Positions 37,585-46,999 of a stretch of 64,000 nucleotides of DNA are shown here, one piece after another. Source of the DNA: Nitrospinaceae bacterium. GTDB lineage: Bacteria > Nitrospinota > Nitrospinia > Nitrospinales > Nitrospinaceae. The notes beneath the pieces are model-generated. The model did not search any database and was not told where the DNA came from. It worked only from the letters and a program-made list of their open reading frames with translations. Position 1 is the stretch's first letter. Every line of letters begins with the position of its first letter. A program made the translations under genes and the position numbers. The DNA is taken from the NCBI GenBank assembly GCA_965237905.1, contig OZ250172.1, positions 1,728,001 through 1,792,000 on the forward strand, in the 5' to 3' direction.

Positions 37585-37690
37585 TTTATAACTACCCAAA
37601 ATTCACTTTATAACTACCTTACATAGGGGTTTATCCATTTATAACCACCTGTATATGGATTATAACTAGCTAAAAAAAGTATTATAACTA
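37585..37690 (+). repeat. Five phased direct repeats WTTATAACYA
   Basis: Starts at 37585, 37607, 37638, 37659 and 37681. Confidence 0.85.
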
Positions 37691-37698
37691 TTTAGGGG

Positions 37699-37760
37699 AA
37701 TTGTGCTCAGGGATCAACGTTTGCAGTTAACGGTCAACAAGTTCCCCCTCCGGGGAGGAG
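37699..37760 (-). repeat. Hairpin repeat copy overlapping the 3' end of the FGE-family gene
   Basis: AATTGTGC...GTTAACGGTCAACAAGTTCCCCCTCCGGGGAGGAG. Confidence 0.85.
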
Positions 37761-38425
37761 GCGCAACGGAAGCCGACGTAGTGGTAGCGGTAGATAGGAT
37801 TGCTCAGGATGCGGTGGCTGGAGCGCTGGCTGATGGCGTTATTGCGCCACGACCCGCCGCGCTGGACTTTGCCACCGTGTTCGTGATCACTCGCCGTCCA
37901 TTCCCACACATTGCCTGACATATCGTACAGTCCGAAGGCATTCAGTTTTTTTTCACCGACGGGATGCGTTTGCTTATTGGAGTTCACTTTGTACCAGGCG
38001 TAGGCGTTGTCCATTGTATCTCCCCAATAGTAGGCGGAGGTCGATCCGGCGCGCGCGGCGTGTTCCCATTCCCATTCCGTAGGCAGGCGTTTGCCGACTT
38101 TGCGGCAGTAAGTGTCGGCCTGTTCCCAAGTCACTTTTTCAACAGGACGGTTGCTTCCTTTGAAGAAGGATGGATTCTCTCCTATTACCTTTTCATATTG
38201 TTCCTGGGTGACTTCGTACCGACCGATTAAAAAGGCATCGATTGGAATTTTCCTTTTATCTTTATCAAGCCCCAATATTCCCGCGGGTATCCGCACCATC
38301 CCGGGTTCCTGCAGGGGAGCAGAAATCGCGACGGCAATGTTCCATAGATAAAAGAAAAACAGGAGCGCGATGGATAGCAATATAAAGGAAAAGACGGGAG
38401 GTGGTTTCAAGGGTCTCTCCAACAA
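37727..38425 (-). CDS. FGE-sulfatase (SUMF1/EgtB/PvdO) domain protein
   Basis: YEVTQEQY, RLPTEWEWEHAARAG, NAFGLYDMSGNVWEW, RGGSW, GFRCA. Confidence 0.92.
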   Translation of the reverse strand: MLERPLKPPPVFSFILLSIALLFFFYLWNIAVAISAPLQEPGMVRIPAGILGLDKDKRKIPIDAFLIGRYEVTQEQYEKVIGENPSFFKGSNRPVEKVTWEQADTYCRKVGKRLPTEWEWEHAARAGSTSAYYWGDTMDNAYAWYKVNSNKQTHPVGEKKLNAFGLYDMSGNVWEWTASDHEHGGKVQRGGSWRNNAISQRSSHRILSNPIYRYHYVGFRCASSPEGELVDR

Positions 38426-38457
38426 AGTATTGGAGGGTTTAAAGCAGGAGAAAACTA

Positions 38458-38643
38458 TTATTCATTCCCCAGGTCGTGGACATCATCATGGTAAATTTCG
38501 TCGAGGGCGGAATGTTCTTCGGAGGGTACTTTGGTCTTATCAAGATCGGGTAGATCGAGCTTGGCCCATTCTTCCTTCATCTGTTTTTTACTTTTGAAAG
38601 CTACCGGACGCTTTTGCGGCGGTGGGGTGCCTTTTTCGTTCAT
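38458..38643 (-). CDS. Small hypothetical protein
   Basis: 61-aa charged ORF with AGGA RBS, co-directional with its neighbours. Confidence 0.5.
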   Translation of the reverse strand: MNEKGTPPPQKRPVAFKSKKQMKEEWAKLDLPDLDKTKVPSEEHSALDEIYHDDVHDLGNE

Positions 38644-38747
38644 TCCTATGACTCCTATAATGCATGTCCCATTATTTTGACCAGAATGTTCCTTAATGGC
38701 AATGAAATATTTAGGGCCTCAGGCGCATCCAGCGGATCTGGCTGTCA

Positions 38748-40319
38748 TCACACCCAGCCGAAGGTATCGGGAGGCCGCGACCGGCTTCCCACAAACGCGA
38801 AAATGGGTACCAGCACCAGGCATATCTGACTGAAGATATCGCCGTAAGTGGAGTAAAATCCGGGCTCTGAGGTTTGTGGATGAATTTTGGCGATGATCCA
38901 GTCCTCCTCAAAAATTTCAGTGGCATCGACAATCCGGCCATAAGCGTCTACGGTTCCCGAAATTCCGGTATTGGCGGCGCGTACAATGGGGACACGATTT
39001 TCGACAGCCCTCATGGCAACCATGCTCATGTGTTGATACGAAGCGGCGCTTTTACCGAACCAGGCGTCGTTGGTGATGTTGACCAGATAGCCGGCGCCTT
39101 GTTTTACGGGCTGGCGCACCAAGTCCGGAAATATGATTTCGAAGCAGATGGACACGGCAAATCCGTGATCTCCCAGTTGAAATACTTTTGCTTCCTCGCC
39201 CCGCTCGAAATCCCCGATGTTTGCCACCATTTTGTCGATAAAGAACAGAATGGAACGGAATGGAACAAACTCACCGAATGGCACCAGGTGAATTTTATTG
39301 TAACGCCCCAACTGTGCTCCATGACCGGAAAGAAAATATGCGCTGTTATACAGTTGGAGGGGTTGACTTTTGCCCAGGGCAAGTTCCTCTGCGGGTTCTT
39401 TAACGGCGGGGCTTCCCAGGACTATAGGAGTCTGCGCCTGGCGCACGGTATCGACGACATATTGAGTTCCTGCAAAGTCGCGGCCGAAGAAAAAAGGTGT
39501 GACCGCCTCCGGCCATACCATCAGATCCGGTTTGAACACCGCCGCTTTAAGAGTCAGGTTCCGGTAACGGCGGAGGACTTCAGTGCGGTAGGCCGGGTCC
39601 CATTTCATCTTCTGCGGAATATTGCCCTGAATGAGACCCACCCGCACCGGCGGGGTGCTGTAGACGGGTTCCCGCTGTAAGGTCCACCCCCCGTATCCCA
39701 CGCAGAGCAATAAAAGAAGTAAGGTGGAAACGCCGATCCGCTTTCTGTAACTCTTCCAGGCGGGATACTTTCCAAAAGCGGGATGGATGAGGACGAATAA
39801 TCCAGCGTTCACCAAAACGATCAACGCGGTGATTCCATAGACTCCGGTGATCGACGCCATTTGAATGACCGGAAGTGATTGAAACTGGGAATAGCCCAGG
39901 CCCTGCCAGGAAAATCCGTATATGGAATGCGTGGATCGAAGATACTCCAAGGCTGTCCAGGTAACCGGCGCCAGCAGAAAAATATTAACGGGATGGCTCT
40001 TGCTGAAGCGGTTGACCAGATAAGCGAACAGGCCCATGTACAAACTCAAATAAGCCACCAGCAGGCTCAGGATCAGCCAGCTCACCACCATGGGGATGTT
40101 TCCGTAATTGACGAGAGTGTTGATCACCCAGCTCAAGGTGATGAAGTAAAAAACCAGTCCGGCTACGAAACCGAGCTTCAGCGCCCGCCGCGCATTTCCG
40201 CTATAAGTAGCGAAAAGTAAAGGTACAAGGGCGAACCAGGCGAGAAATTCCAGATTAAATCTGGGAAAGGCGAAGGCCAAAAGGAGGCCGCTGATGATCG
40301 CTTTCAGGTAATCCTTCAT
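38748..40319 (-). CDS. lnt: Apolipoprotein N-acyltransferase
   Basis: QGNI, WPEA, KIHLVPFGEFVP, ICFE, NDAWFG, RAANTGIS. Confidence 0.96.
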   Translation of the reverse strand: MKDYLKAIISGLLLAFAFPRFNLEFLAWFALVPLLFATYSGNARRALKLGFVAGLVFYFITLSWVINTLVNYGNIPMVVSWLILSLLVAYLSLYMGLFAYLVNRFSKSHPVNIFLLAPVTWTALEYLRSTHSIYGFSWQGLGYSQFQSLPVIQMASITGVYGITALIVLVNAGLFVLIHPAFGKYPAWKSYRKRIGVSTLLLLLLCVGYGGWTLQREPVYSTPPVRVGLIQGNIPQKMKWDPAYRTEVLRRYRNLTLKAAVFKPDLMVWPEAVTPFFFGRDFAGTQYVVDTVRQAQTPIVLGSPAVKEPAEELALGKSQPLQLYNSAYFLSGHGAQLGRYNKIHLVPFGEFVPFRSILFFIDKMVANIGDFERGEEAKVFQLGDHGFAVSICFEIIFPDLVRQPVKQGAGYLVNITNDAWFGKSAASYQHMSMVAMRAVENRVPIVRAANTGISGTVDAYGRIVDATEIFEEDWIIAKIHPQTSEPGFYSTYGDIFSQICLVLVPIFAFVGSRSRPPDTFGWV

Positions 40320-40411
40320 AGGGGAGGGGGATTAGTGTTAGGTAATGTTCTCGATATCAGATATAGTATTAGGGTTGCGATCCTTACCCTATATTAATAA
40401 GGAAAGCTGGG

Positions 40412-40666
40412 TTGAGTACTCAAAAACAAGTCATCAACAACTTCAAAAAGGTATGTATTTGCCGGAGCGTGACCGGAGGCACCATCATGAAAGCCATTCG
40501 GGAAGGCAGTCTATCCTTTGAAGCCCTGCGACGGGCCATCCGCGTAGGTACCGGTAATTGCAAAGCCAAGCGATGCCGACCCAAAATTGAAGCTACACTG
40601 CAAGCCTACAAGGAATCCCTGGACACTGCCGGCAAGGAAGCGTCCCCATCCAAGGCCAAGGCCTAA
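40412..40666 (+). CDS. BFD-like [2Fe-2S]-binding protein
   Basis: VCICRSV...GTGNCKAKRCRPKI. Confidence 0.75.
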   Translation: MSTQKQVINNFKKVCICRSVTGGTIMKAIREGSLSFEALRRAIRVGTGNCKAKRCRPKIEATLQAYKESLDTAGKEASPSKAKA

Positions 40667-40764
40667 CTCCTGGTTGGCGATACCGTTACCACCCTCCCTA
40701 CTTTTAAGATTATCCCTTAAACAACAAATGGAAGCAACCGCCTTGCGAGGCCGGGTGGGTTCGA

Positions 40765-41967
40765 TTAGGCGTGCAGTGTACGCAATGCGGATTCAATCCG
40801 GTTCAATCCCTCATTGATATTTTCCATAGAGGTGGCGAAGGATAAGCGCAGGTTGTTGTCGGCACCGAAGGCGATGCCAGGTACCAGTGCGACTTGGGCT
40901 TCTTCGATTAAAAACTCTGCGACGTCGAGAGATCCTTTGATTGTTTTACCATTCCATTGCTTACCGAACACTCCGGAAAAATCCGGGAACGTGTAAAAAG
41001 AACCGACCGGTTTAGGGCAGGAGATACCTTCTATTTTTGCGTAGCGGTCCATGAGAGTGTCGCGCCGTTTTTTAAACTCCGTCACCATCCTTTTTATTTC
41101 GCCGGGAGTTTTCTCGCCGATCAACGCTTCCACACAAGCGGCTTGGGAAATAGATGTGGGATTGGAAGTGGATTGTCCCTGCAGTTTGGATACGGCAGAC
41201 GCGATGTCCGCTTCCGCCGCCAGGTAGCCGATACGCCAACCCGTCATCGCAAAACATTTGGAAGCGCCATTGATAACGACGGTGCTTTGTTTTAACTCTT
41301 CGCTCAAAGACGCGATACTGAAATGCTCGAACCCGTCGAATATGATTTTTTCATAGATCTCATCAGAGATCACCATCAGCTTATTTTTTAAAACCACTTC
41401 CGCAAGCGCTTCCAATTCTTTTTTAGTGTAAGCCGATCCGGTGGGATTGGAAGGACTGTTCAAAACCAGCGCGCGCGTTTTTTTTGTGACGGCTTGTTGC
41501 AGTTGTTCCGCGGTGATTTTAAATCCCGACGATTCATCAGTGTTCAGGATCACGGGTGTGGCGTTGGCCAGAATGACCATGTCCGGATACGACACCCAAT
41601 ACGGAGCGGGAATAATGATTTCGTCACCTGCATCCCAAAGCACTTGCGCTAGATTGTAAAAGGAATGTTTCGCTCCACAGGAAACCACAATCTGTTTACG
41701 GTCGTAAGCCAATCCATTATCGCGATCAAACTTTTCGATGATGGCATCCTTGAGTGCATGGGTGCCGCTGACGATGGTGTAATGTGTATCATTATTTTGG
41801 ATCGCATTGATCGCCGCCTGTTTAATATTTTCCGGAGTGGCAAAGTCGGGTTCACCTGCGCCAAATCCGATCACATCAATCCCCTGCTCTCTTAGAGCTT
41901 GGGCCTTGGCGGAAATGGCCATCGTCATAGACGGCTGGATATTTTGAATGCGTTGCGCAAACTTCAT
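40765..41967 (-). CDS. aspC: Aspartate aminotransferase, PLP class I
   Basis: GAGEPDF, NSPSNPTG, SDEIYE, SKCFAMTGWRIGY. Confidence 0.9.
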   Translation of the reverse strand: MKFAQRIQNIQPSMTMAISAKAQALREQGIDVIGFGAGEPDFATPENIKQAAINAIQNNDTHYTIVSGTHALKDAIIEKFDRDNGLAYDRKQIVVSCGAKHSFYNLAQVLWDAGDEIIIPAPYWVSYPDMVILANATPVILNTDESSGFKITAEQLQQAVTKKTRALVLNSPSNPTGSAYTKKELEALAEVVLKNKLMVISDEIYEKIIFDGFEHFSIASLSEELKQSTVVINGASKCFAMTGWRIGYLAAEADIASAVSKLQGQSTSNPTSISQAACVEALIGEKTPGEIKRMVTEFKKRRDTLMDRYAKIEGISCPKPVGSFYTFPDFSGVFGKQWNGKTIKGSLDVAEFLIEEAQVALVPGIAFGADNNLRLSFATSMENINEGLNRIESALRTLHA

Positions 41968-42449
41968 GAGGAGATTTTAGAGATACCTTCCTGGACACAC
42001 TTGGGAACCATTTTGCTGACGTCGCCTCCGTGCTTGGCGATCTCTTTTACAAAACTGGAACTGAGAAACGAATACTCCTGACTGGGAATCATAAAAACAG
42101 TTTCCAGATTGGCATTCAGATTGCGGTTCATCAGTCCCATTTGCAGTTCATATTCAAAATCGGAAACAGCCCGCAATCCTTTAATAATAATGTTGGCCTT
42201 ATGCAACTCGGCGAAACCGGTCAGGAGCGTATCAAAAGGTAACACTTCAATTCCTTTAAGGTCTTGGACGGATTGCGTGATAAACCTCACCCTGTCATCG
42301 CTGTCAAACAGAGGGTTTTTTTTGGGATTCAACGCGACGGCCACGATCAGCCGGTCGCACAAGCTCAGGGCACGCCGCATGATGTCCAGGTGGCCGAAGG
42401 TAATGGGATCAAAAGTTCCCGGATAAATGGCTGTTCTTTTAGTATTCAT
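41964..42449 (-). CDS. coaD: Phosphopantetheine adenylyltransferase
   Basis: YPGTFDPITFGHLD, GLRAVSDFEYE, SSSFVKEIA. Confidence 0.97.
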   Translation of the reverse strand: MNTKRTAIYPGTFDPITFGHLDIMRRALSLCDRLIVAVALNPKKNPLFDSDDRVRFITQSVQDLKGIEVLPFDTLLTGFAELHKANIIIKGLRAVSDFEYELQMGLMNRNLNANLETVFMIPSQEYSFLSSSFVKEIAKHGGDVSKMVPKCVQEGISKISS

Positions 42450-43003
42450 GGCTTTTTTAAAGAGGGGGATTATAACTTCAAATGGAGAGCCGCGAAAGGC
42501 CCAAAAAGCAGAATTTTAAGGTTTTTTGAGTCTTTTTCAAAAAAGCTACCTTATAAGGTGGAAATTACTCTCATCTACGGGGACTAATTTTGGGTGAATT
42601 TGAGGAATATTTCTTAAAAAGTGCCATTACCTCGAGAGGTTATCACCCTTTTTAGGGTGATTTTGATTTTGTTTTTAGAAATTCCACATACTGTCGGTCC
42701 CCAAACCTGCGAAAATCGCCACTTTTGAGAAGAGACATACCTCAGTTATTAAAGCCTAAATCATTTATCTATAAGGGCTTTCAAATATCTTTGAAATATC
42801 AACAAATACCCTGATTTGCCATTTCTCAAATAAAACAAAAAAAATGGGAATATTCCCAAAAATTGTTGAAAATTCAAGACTTATGGTGTACATTTACATC
42901 CACTTAATTGGGTGTAAAGCAATTTTTAAAGAGGATAAATTTGAGTCTTTTCTGAGGTCAAAAATACCCCCAAAAAAATTGATTTTCCCCGTCGAAAAAG
43001 GGT

Positions 43004-43032
43004 TTGACAAGATTTTCTGATTGAAGTATAAG
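43004..43032 (+). promoter_or_regulatory. Candidate sigma70 promoter for nxrABC
   Basis: TTGACA 43004-43009, 17 bp, TATAAG 43027-43032. Confidence 0.55.
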
Positions 43033-43423
43033 AGGGGCAACTAGAATACCCAGAAGCCAAATTGACCAAAAAATGGATTCCAAAATCTGTGTTTTTTTAA
43101 AGTGCTCGAGAAATTTTGGAAGAAGTTTTTGTTCTGTCGTATTCCTGTTTTGAGGTTTTAAACAAGCTTGAAACGGGTGATTGGTTTTTTGGTTTCGGAC
43201 TAAAATTAAAATTTTTTTGAGTTGTTTGTTTATCCAAGGTGAACCCTTGGACATGGTTTAATTTCAGGTAAATATTATTAATCGCTCGAATTTTAAAAAT
43301 TCAAAAAAAATTGAAAGGAGAAACTTTGAAGGATCCCGGCTTTTAGAGGGATCAATTAGACAATTTTTCAAGAGTAGATGTTTCGGTTTAAAACCCACTT
43401 TAACCTAAGGGAGGTTTTACTTT

Positions 43424-46400
43424 ATGCGTTTAAATCGAAGAAAATTCTTGCAGGTCAGTGCTGGTGTAGCTTCGGCTATGGCACTTTCAAGTAAGAGAGT
43501 CGGTGCTCAGTTAAAGCCCGTAGTTAAGGTAGGCAATCCTCTGGATTCCTATCCTGATCGTCGTTGGGAAGAAGTTTACCGCGATCAATATAAGTACGAG
43601 CGTTCCTTTACGTATTGTTGCTCCCCGAATGACACCCATCAGTGTCGTGTTCGGGGATTTGTACGTAATGGCATCCTAATGCGTATCGAGCAGAACTATG
43701 ACCATCATAAGGTCAAAGATCTGTACGGTAACCAGGCGGACGCCGCATGGAACCCCCGTATGTGTTTGCGCGGCATGACTTATCCGCGACGTGCATACGG
43801 TCCTTACCGGAACAAATATCCGATGATCCGCGTTGGCTGGAAACAGTGGGCGGATGACGGGTTCCCGTATCTGGATAAGGAAAATCGTGAAAAGTATAAG
43901 TTTACCAGCCGTGGCACGGACGAATTTGTTCGTTTGTCATGGGATCAGACCTTCACCTATTTGGCGAAGGGTCATGTTGCCGTAGCGAAAGCTTACAGCG
44001 GCGCCCGCGGTGCTCAGCGCTTGAAGAATGAAGGCTACCAGCCTGAAATGATCGAAGCGATGGGCGGATCCGGCCCCCGTACTTTTAAGTATCGCGGTGG
44101 TATGGGTCTGTTGGGCGTTATCGGTAAGTATGGTATTTACCGCCTCGCCAACATGGTTGGTTTGCTAGACGCGATCATTCGTGGTCGTGGCCCCGGTCAG
44201 GTATTGGGTGGACGCGCATGGTCCAACTACACCTGGCATGGTGACCAGGCTCCGGGACATTCCTGGACGCATGGTATGCAGACTTCTGATATCGACTTTG
44301 CTGACCATCGTTATGCAAAGTTGACCATTCAGTGGGGTAAAAACCTCATTGAAAACAAAATGCCGGAAGCTCATTGGTACACGGAAATCATGGAACGCGG
44401 TGGCACACTCGTTACCGTATGTCCTGAGTACAACCCGCCTTCAACGAAAGCGGACTACTGGATTCCCTGTCGTGCCGGTTTGTCGGACATTTCTGTATTC
44501 CTCGGCGCAGCTAAGATCATCATGGACGAAGGTCTGGTTGATGTGCCTTACGTTAAGGAATACACCGATATGCCGCTTCTGGTAAGAACCGACAATCTGA
44601 CCCGTCTGCATCCGGATGATTACATTCCGGGATACAAGGTTCAGGCGCTTCCGAAAGATGGCTTCACCACCAAGTGGATGAAGAACTTCAATCGCAGCAA
44701 AATGCCTGACTATGCAGTATGGGATATGAATACCAACAAGCCGGTAGCTATTACGCGTGAAGACATCGGCGCCAAGATGCTGAAGAAGAAGATTGATCCA
44801 GCACTTGATGGTGTATTTGACATCAAGTTGGTTAACGGCAAAACCATCACGGTCATGCCTTTGTACGAAATGTACAAAGTTCATTTGAAAGATTATGACC
44901 TGGATACCGTTAACCAGATCAGTCACGCTCCGAAAGACTTGATCGTTCGTGTCGCTCGCGACATGGGTACCATCAAACCGGTTGAGATTCACTACGGTGA
45001 AGGTATCAACCATTACTTCCATGCAACCATGCACAACCGTGCATCGTATGTTCCCCTCATGCTGACGGGTAATGTTGGACCGAAAGGTTCCGGCTCCCAC
45101 ACTTGGGCGGGTAACTACAAAGCTGGTAACTACCAAGGATCGCATTGGTCCGGACCTGGTTTCGCGGCGATGGTTGCGGAAGATCCCTTCAACCCGATTC
45201 TGGATCCAGCCAAGAACGTTGACTGGAAAAACGTTAAGGGTTACCTGAAGGGTGAGGAAGTCAGCTACTGGGCGCATCGTGATAAAGCCTTGATCGTTAA
45301 TACCCCACGGTATGGACGTAAGGTGTTCACGGGTCGTACTCATATGCCGACTCCGACCAAGCTGTGTTGGTACGTTAATGTTAACGTTATCAATAATGCG
45401 AAGTGGTTCTACGAGCTGGTGTTCAACACCAACAACAACGTAGACATGATCGTCGCTCAGGATATCGAGTTCACGGGTTCCTGTGAGTATTCCGATATCG
45501 TTCTTGCCCCGAACTCTTGGGCGGAATTCGAGAGTTACGAGATCACTTCCGCATGTTCCAACCCGTTCCACCAGATTTGGGGTGGCACCGGTATTAAACC
45601 CATCTTTGACACGATCGACGATAACCTGATCCATCGGGAATTCGCCAAGAGAATGTCTCAGGTGACCGGCGACAAACGGTTTGCGGACTTCTTCAAAGTG
45701 TACGAAGGTGCAGCTCCCAACCGAACGAAGGCGATGATTCGCCGGCTGTTCACGACGTCGACCACTGGTATGGGTTACAACATCGACGACATCATCAACG
45801 GCAAGTATGGTGAGCCGGGATGTTGTTTGATGCTGTTCAGAACATACCCGCGGTCTCCGTTCTGGGAAATGTTCACTGAGTCCAAGCCTTACTACACTCC
45901 GAACGGTCGTATCCAGTTCTATAATGACGAGCCGGAAGCGATCGAATACGGTGAAAACTTCATCGTTCACAGAGAAGGCCCAGAAGCAACGCCTTACCTG
46001 CCGAACGTTATCGTATCCACCAACCCCTACATCCGACCTGACGATTACGGTATTCCGGAAGAAGAGCAAGATCCGGATCTCCGTCACGTTCGAAACATCA
46101 AGAAACCTTGGTCTTCTGTACGTACGACCAAGAACTTCTTGTGGGAGAAGGGGTATCGGTTCTACTGTGTAACGCCTAAATCCAGACATACCGCGCATTC
46201 GTCCTGGGCGACGACTGACTGGAACATGATCTGGAACAACAACTTCGGCGATCCTTACCGCATGGATAAGCGATCTCCGGGCGTTGGTGAATGGCAAGTA
46301 CACATGAACCCGTTCCTGTGTAAAGACCTTGGTATCAACGATGGCGACTACATTTATTGTGACGCCAACCCGGCCGACAGGCCTTATATGGGTTGGAAGC

Positions 46401-46885
46401 CGTCTGATCCTCGATACAAGGTTGGCCGCCTCATGTTGCGCGCGAAGTACAACCCTGCGTATCCGTATCACACCACGATGATGAAACATGCAACGTGGAT
46501 TGGTACTGAGCGTACGGTTAAAGCGCACGAAGAACGGCCGGACGGACGCGCGATGTCCATGACGACTCCATACCAATCAAACTTCCGGTATGGTGGTCAG
46601 CAGTCCATCACGCGATCTTGGTTGATGCCGATGCATCAGACGGACAGTCTGTTCCATAAAGCAAAAACCAAGATGAAGTTCAAGCATGGGTACGAAGCAG
46701 ACAACCATGCCGTTAACGCGACTCCAAAAGAAACCTTGGTTAAGTTCTCCAAGGCGGAGGATGGTGGTCTGCATGGTAAGGGACTTTGGGAACCTGTTCG
46801 AACGGGTTACACTCCTGAGTCTCCGTTGAAAGATCGCTTTGCTGAGATGTATCTCGCGGGGCAATACACTCGCGTTAAGATCTAA
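43424..46885 (+). CDS. nxrA: Nitrite oxidoreductase alpha subunit, periplasmic type (Mo-bis-PGD)
   Basis: Tat signal NRRKFL; CCSPNDTHQC...RMC Fe-S motif; WHGDQ; GGGAGG RBS. Confidence 0.97.
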   Translation: MRLNRRKFLQVSAGVASAMALSSKRVGAQLKPVVKVGNPLDSYPDRRWEEVYRDQYKYERSFTYCCSPNDTHQCRVRGFVRNGILMRIEQNYDHHKVKDLYGNQADAAWNPRMCLRGMTYPRRAYGPYRNKYPMIRVGWKQWADDGFPYLDKENREKYKFTSRGTDEFVRLSWDQTFTYLAKGHVAVAKAYSGARGAQRLKNEGYQPEMIEAMGGSGPRTFKYRGGMGLLGVIGKYGIYRLANMVGLLDAIIRGRGPGQVLGGRAWSNYTWHGDQAPGHSWTHGMQTSDIDFADHRYAKLTIQWGKNLIENKMPEAHWYTEIMERGGTLVTVCPEYNPPSTKADYWIPCRAGLSDISVFLGAAKIIMDEGLVDVPYVKEYTDMPLLVRTDNLTRLHPDDYIPGYKVQALPKDGFTTKWMKNFNRSKMPDYAVWDMNTNKPVAITREDIGAKMLKKKIDPALDGVFDIKLVNGKTITVMPLYEMYKVHLKDYDLDTVNQISHAPKDLIVRVARDMGTIKPVEIHYGEGINHYFHATMHNRASYVPLMLTGNVGPKGSGSHTWAGNYKAGNYQGSHWSGPGFAAMVAEDPFNPILDPAKNVDWKNVKGYLKGEEVSYWAHRDKALIVNTPRYGRKVFTGRTHMPTPTKLCWYVNVNVINNAKWFYELVFNTNNNVDMIVAQDIEFTGSCEYSDIVLAPNSWAEFESYEITSACSNPFHQIWGGTGIKPIFDTIDDNLIHREFAKRMSQVTGDKRFADFFKVYEGAAPNRTKAMIRRLFTTSTTGMGYNIDDIINGKYGEPGCCLMLFRTYPRSPFWEMFTESKPYYTPNGRIQFYNDEPEAIEYGENFIVHREGPEATPYLPNVIVSTNPYIRPDDYGIPEEEQDPDLRHVRNIKKPWSSVRTTKNFLWEKGYRFYCVTPKSRHTAHSSWATTDWNMIWNNNFGDPYRMDKRSPGVGEWQVHMNPFLCKDLGINDGDYIYCDANPADRPYMGWKPSDPRYKVGRLMLRAKYNPAYPYHTTMMKHATWIGTERTVKAHEERPDGRAMSMTTPYQSNFRYGGQQSITRSWLMPMHQTDSLFHKAKTKMKFKHGYEADNHAVNATPKETLVKFSKAEDGGLHGKGLWEPVRTGYTPESPLKDRFAEMYLAGQYTRVKI

Positions 46886-46897
46886 GCGTTTGGGAAC

Positions 46898-46917
46898 GCG
46901 GGCCCTTCGGGGTCCGC
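46898..46917 (+). other. cUUCGg tetraloop hairpin in the nxrA-nxrB spacer
   Basis: GCGGGCCC-TTCG-GGGTCCGC. Confidence 0.6.
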
Positions 46918-46999
46918 ATACCTATTGCGGTTTTTCTTGACACATATTAGCAACCAGAATCGGTGCCTTTGAGGTTCCGGTTTTTACGGAGGTTAAAAA

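Noticed and set aside
37585..37690. Possible CRISPR array
   Set aside because: Repeats of 10-12 bp and spacers of 9-19 bp are too short, and no cas genes are present
37727..38425. FGE/C-type-lectin-fold gene as a possible diversity-generating retroelement target
   Set aside because: No reverse transcriptase and no adenine-variant template repeat of its 3' region seen in the window; the repeat at its end belongs to the dispersed hairpin family
42958..43254. 98-aa minus-strand ORF upstream of nxrA
   Set aside because: Low-complexity AT-rich translation overlapping the probable nxr promoter; no motif
44441..46576. 711-aa antisense ORF inside nxrA, and similar ones inside nxrB and nxrC
   Set aside because: Mirror-frame shadows of strongly codon-biased genes; no recognisable motifs
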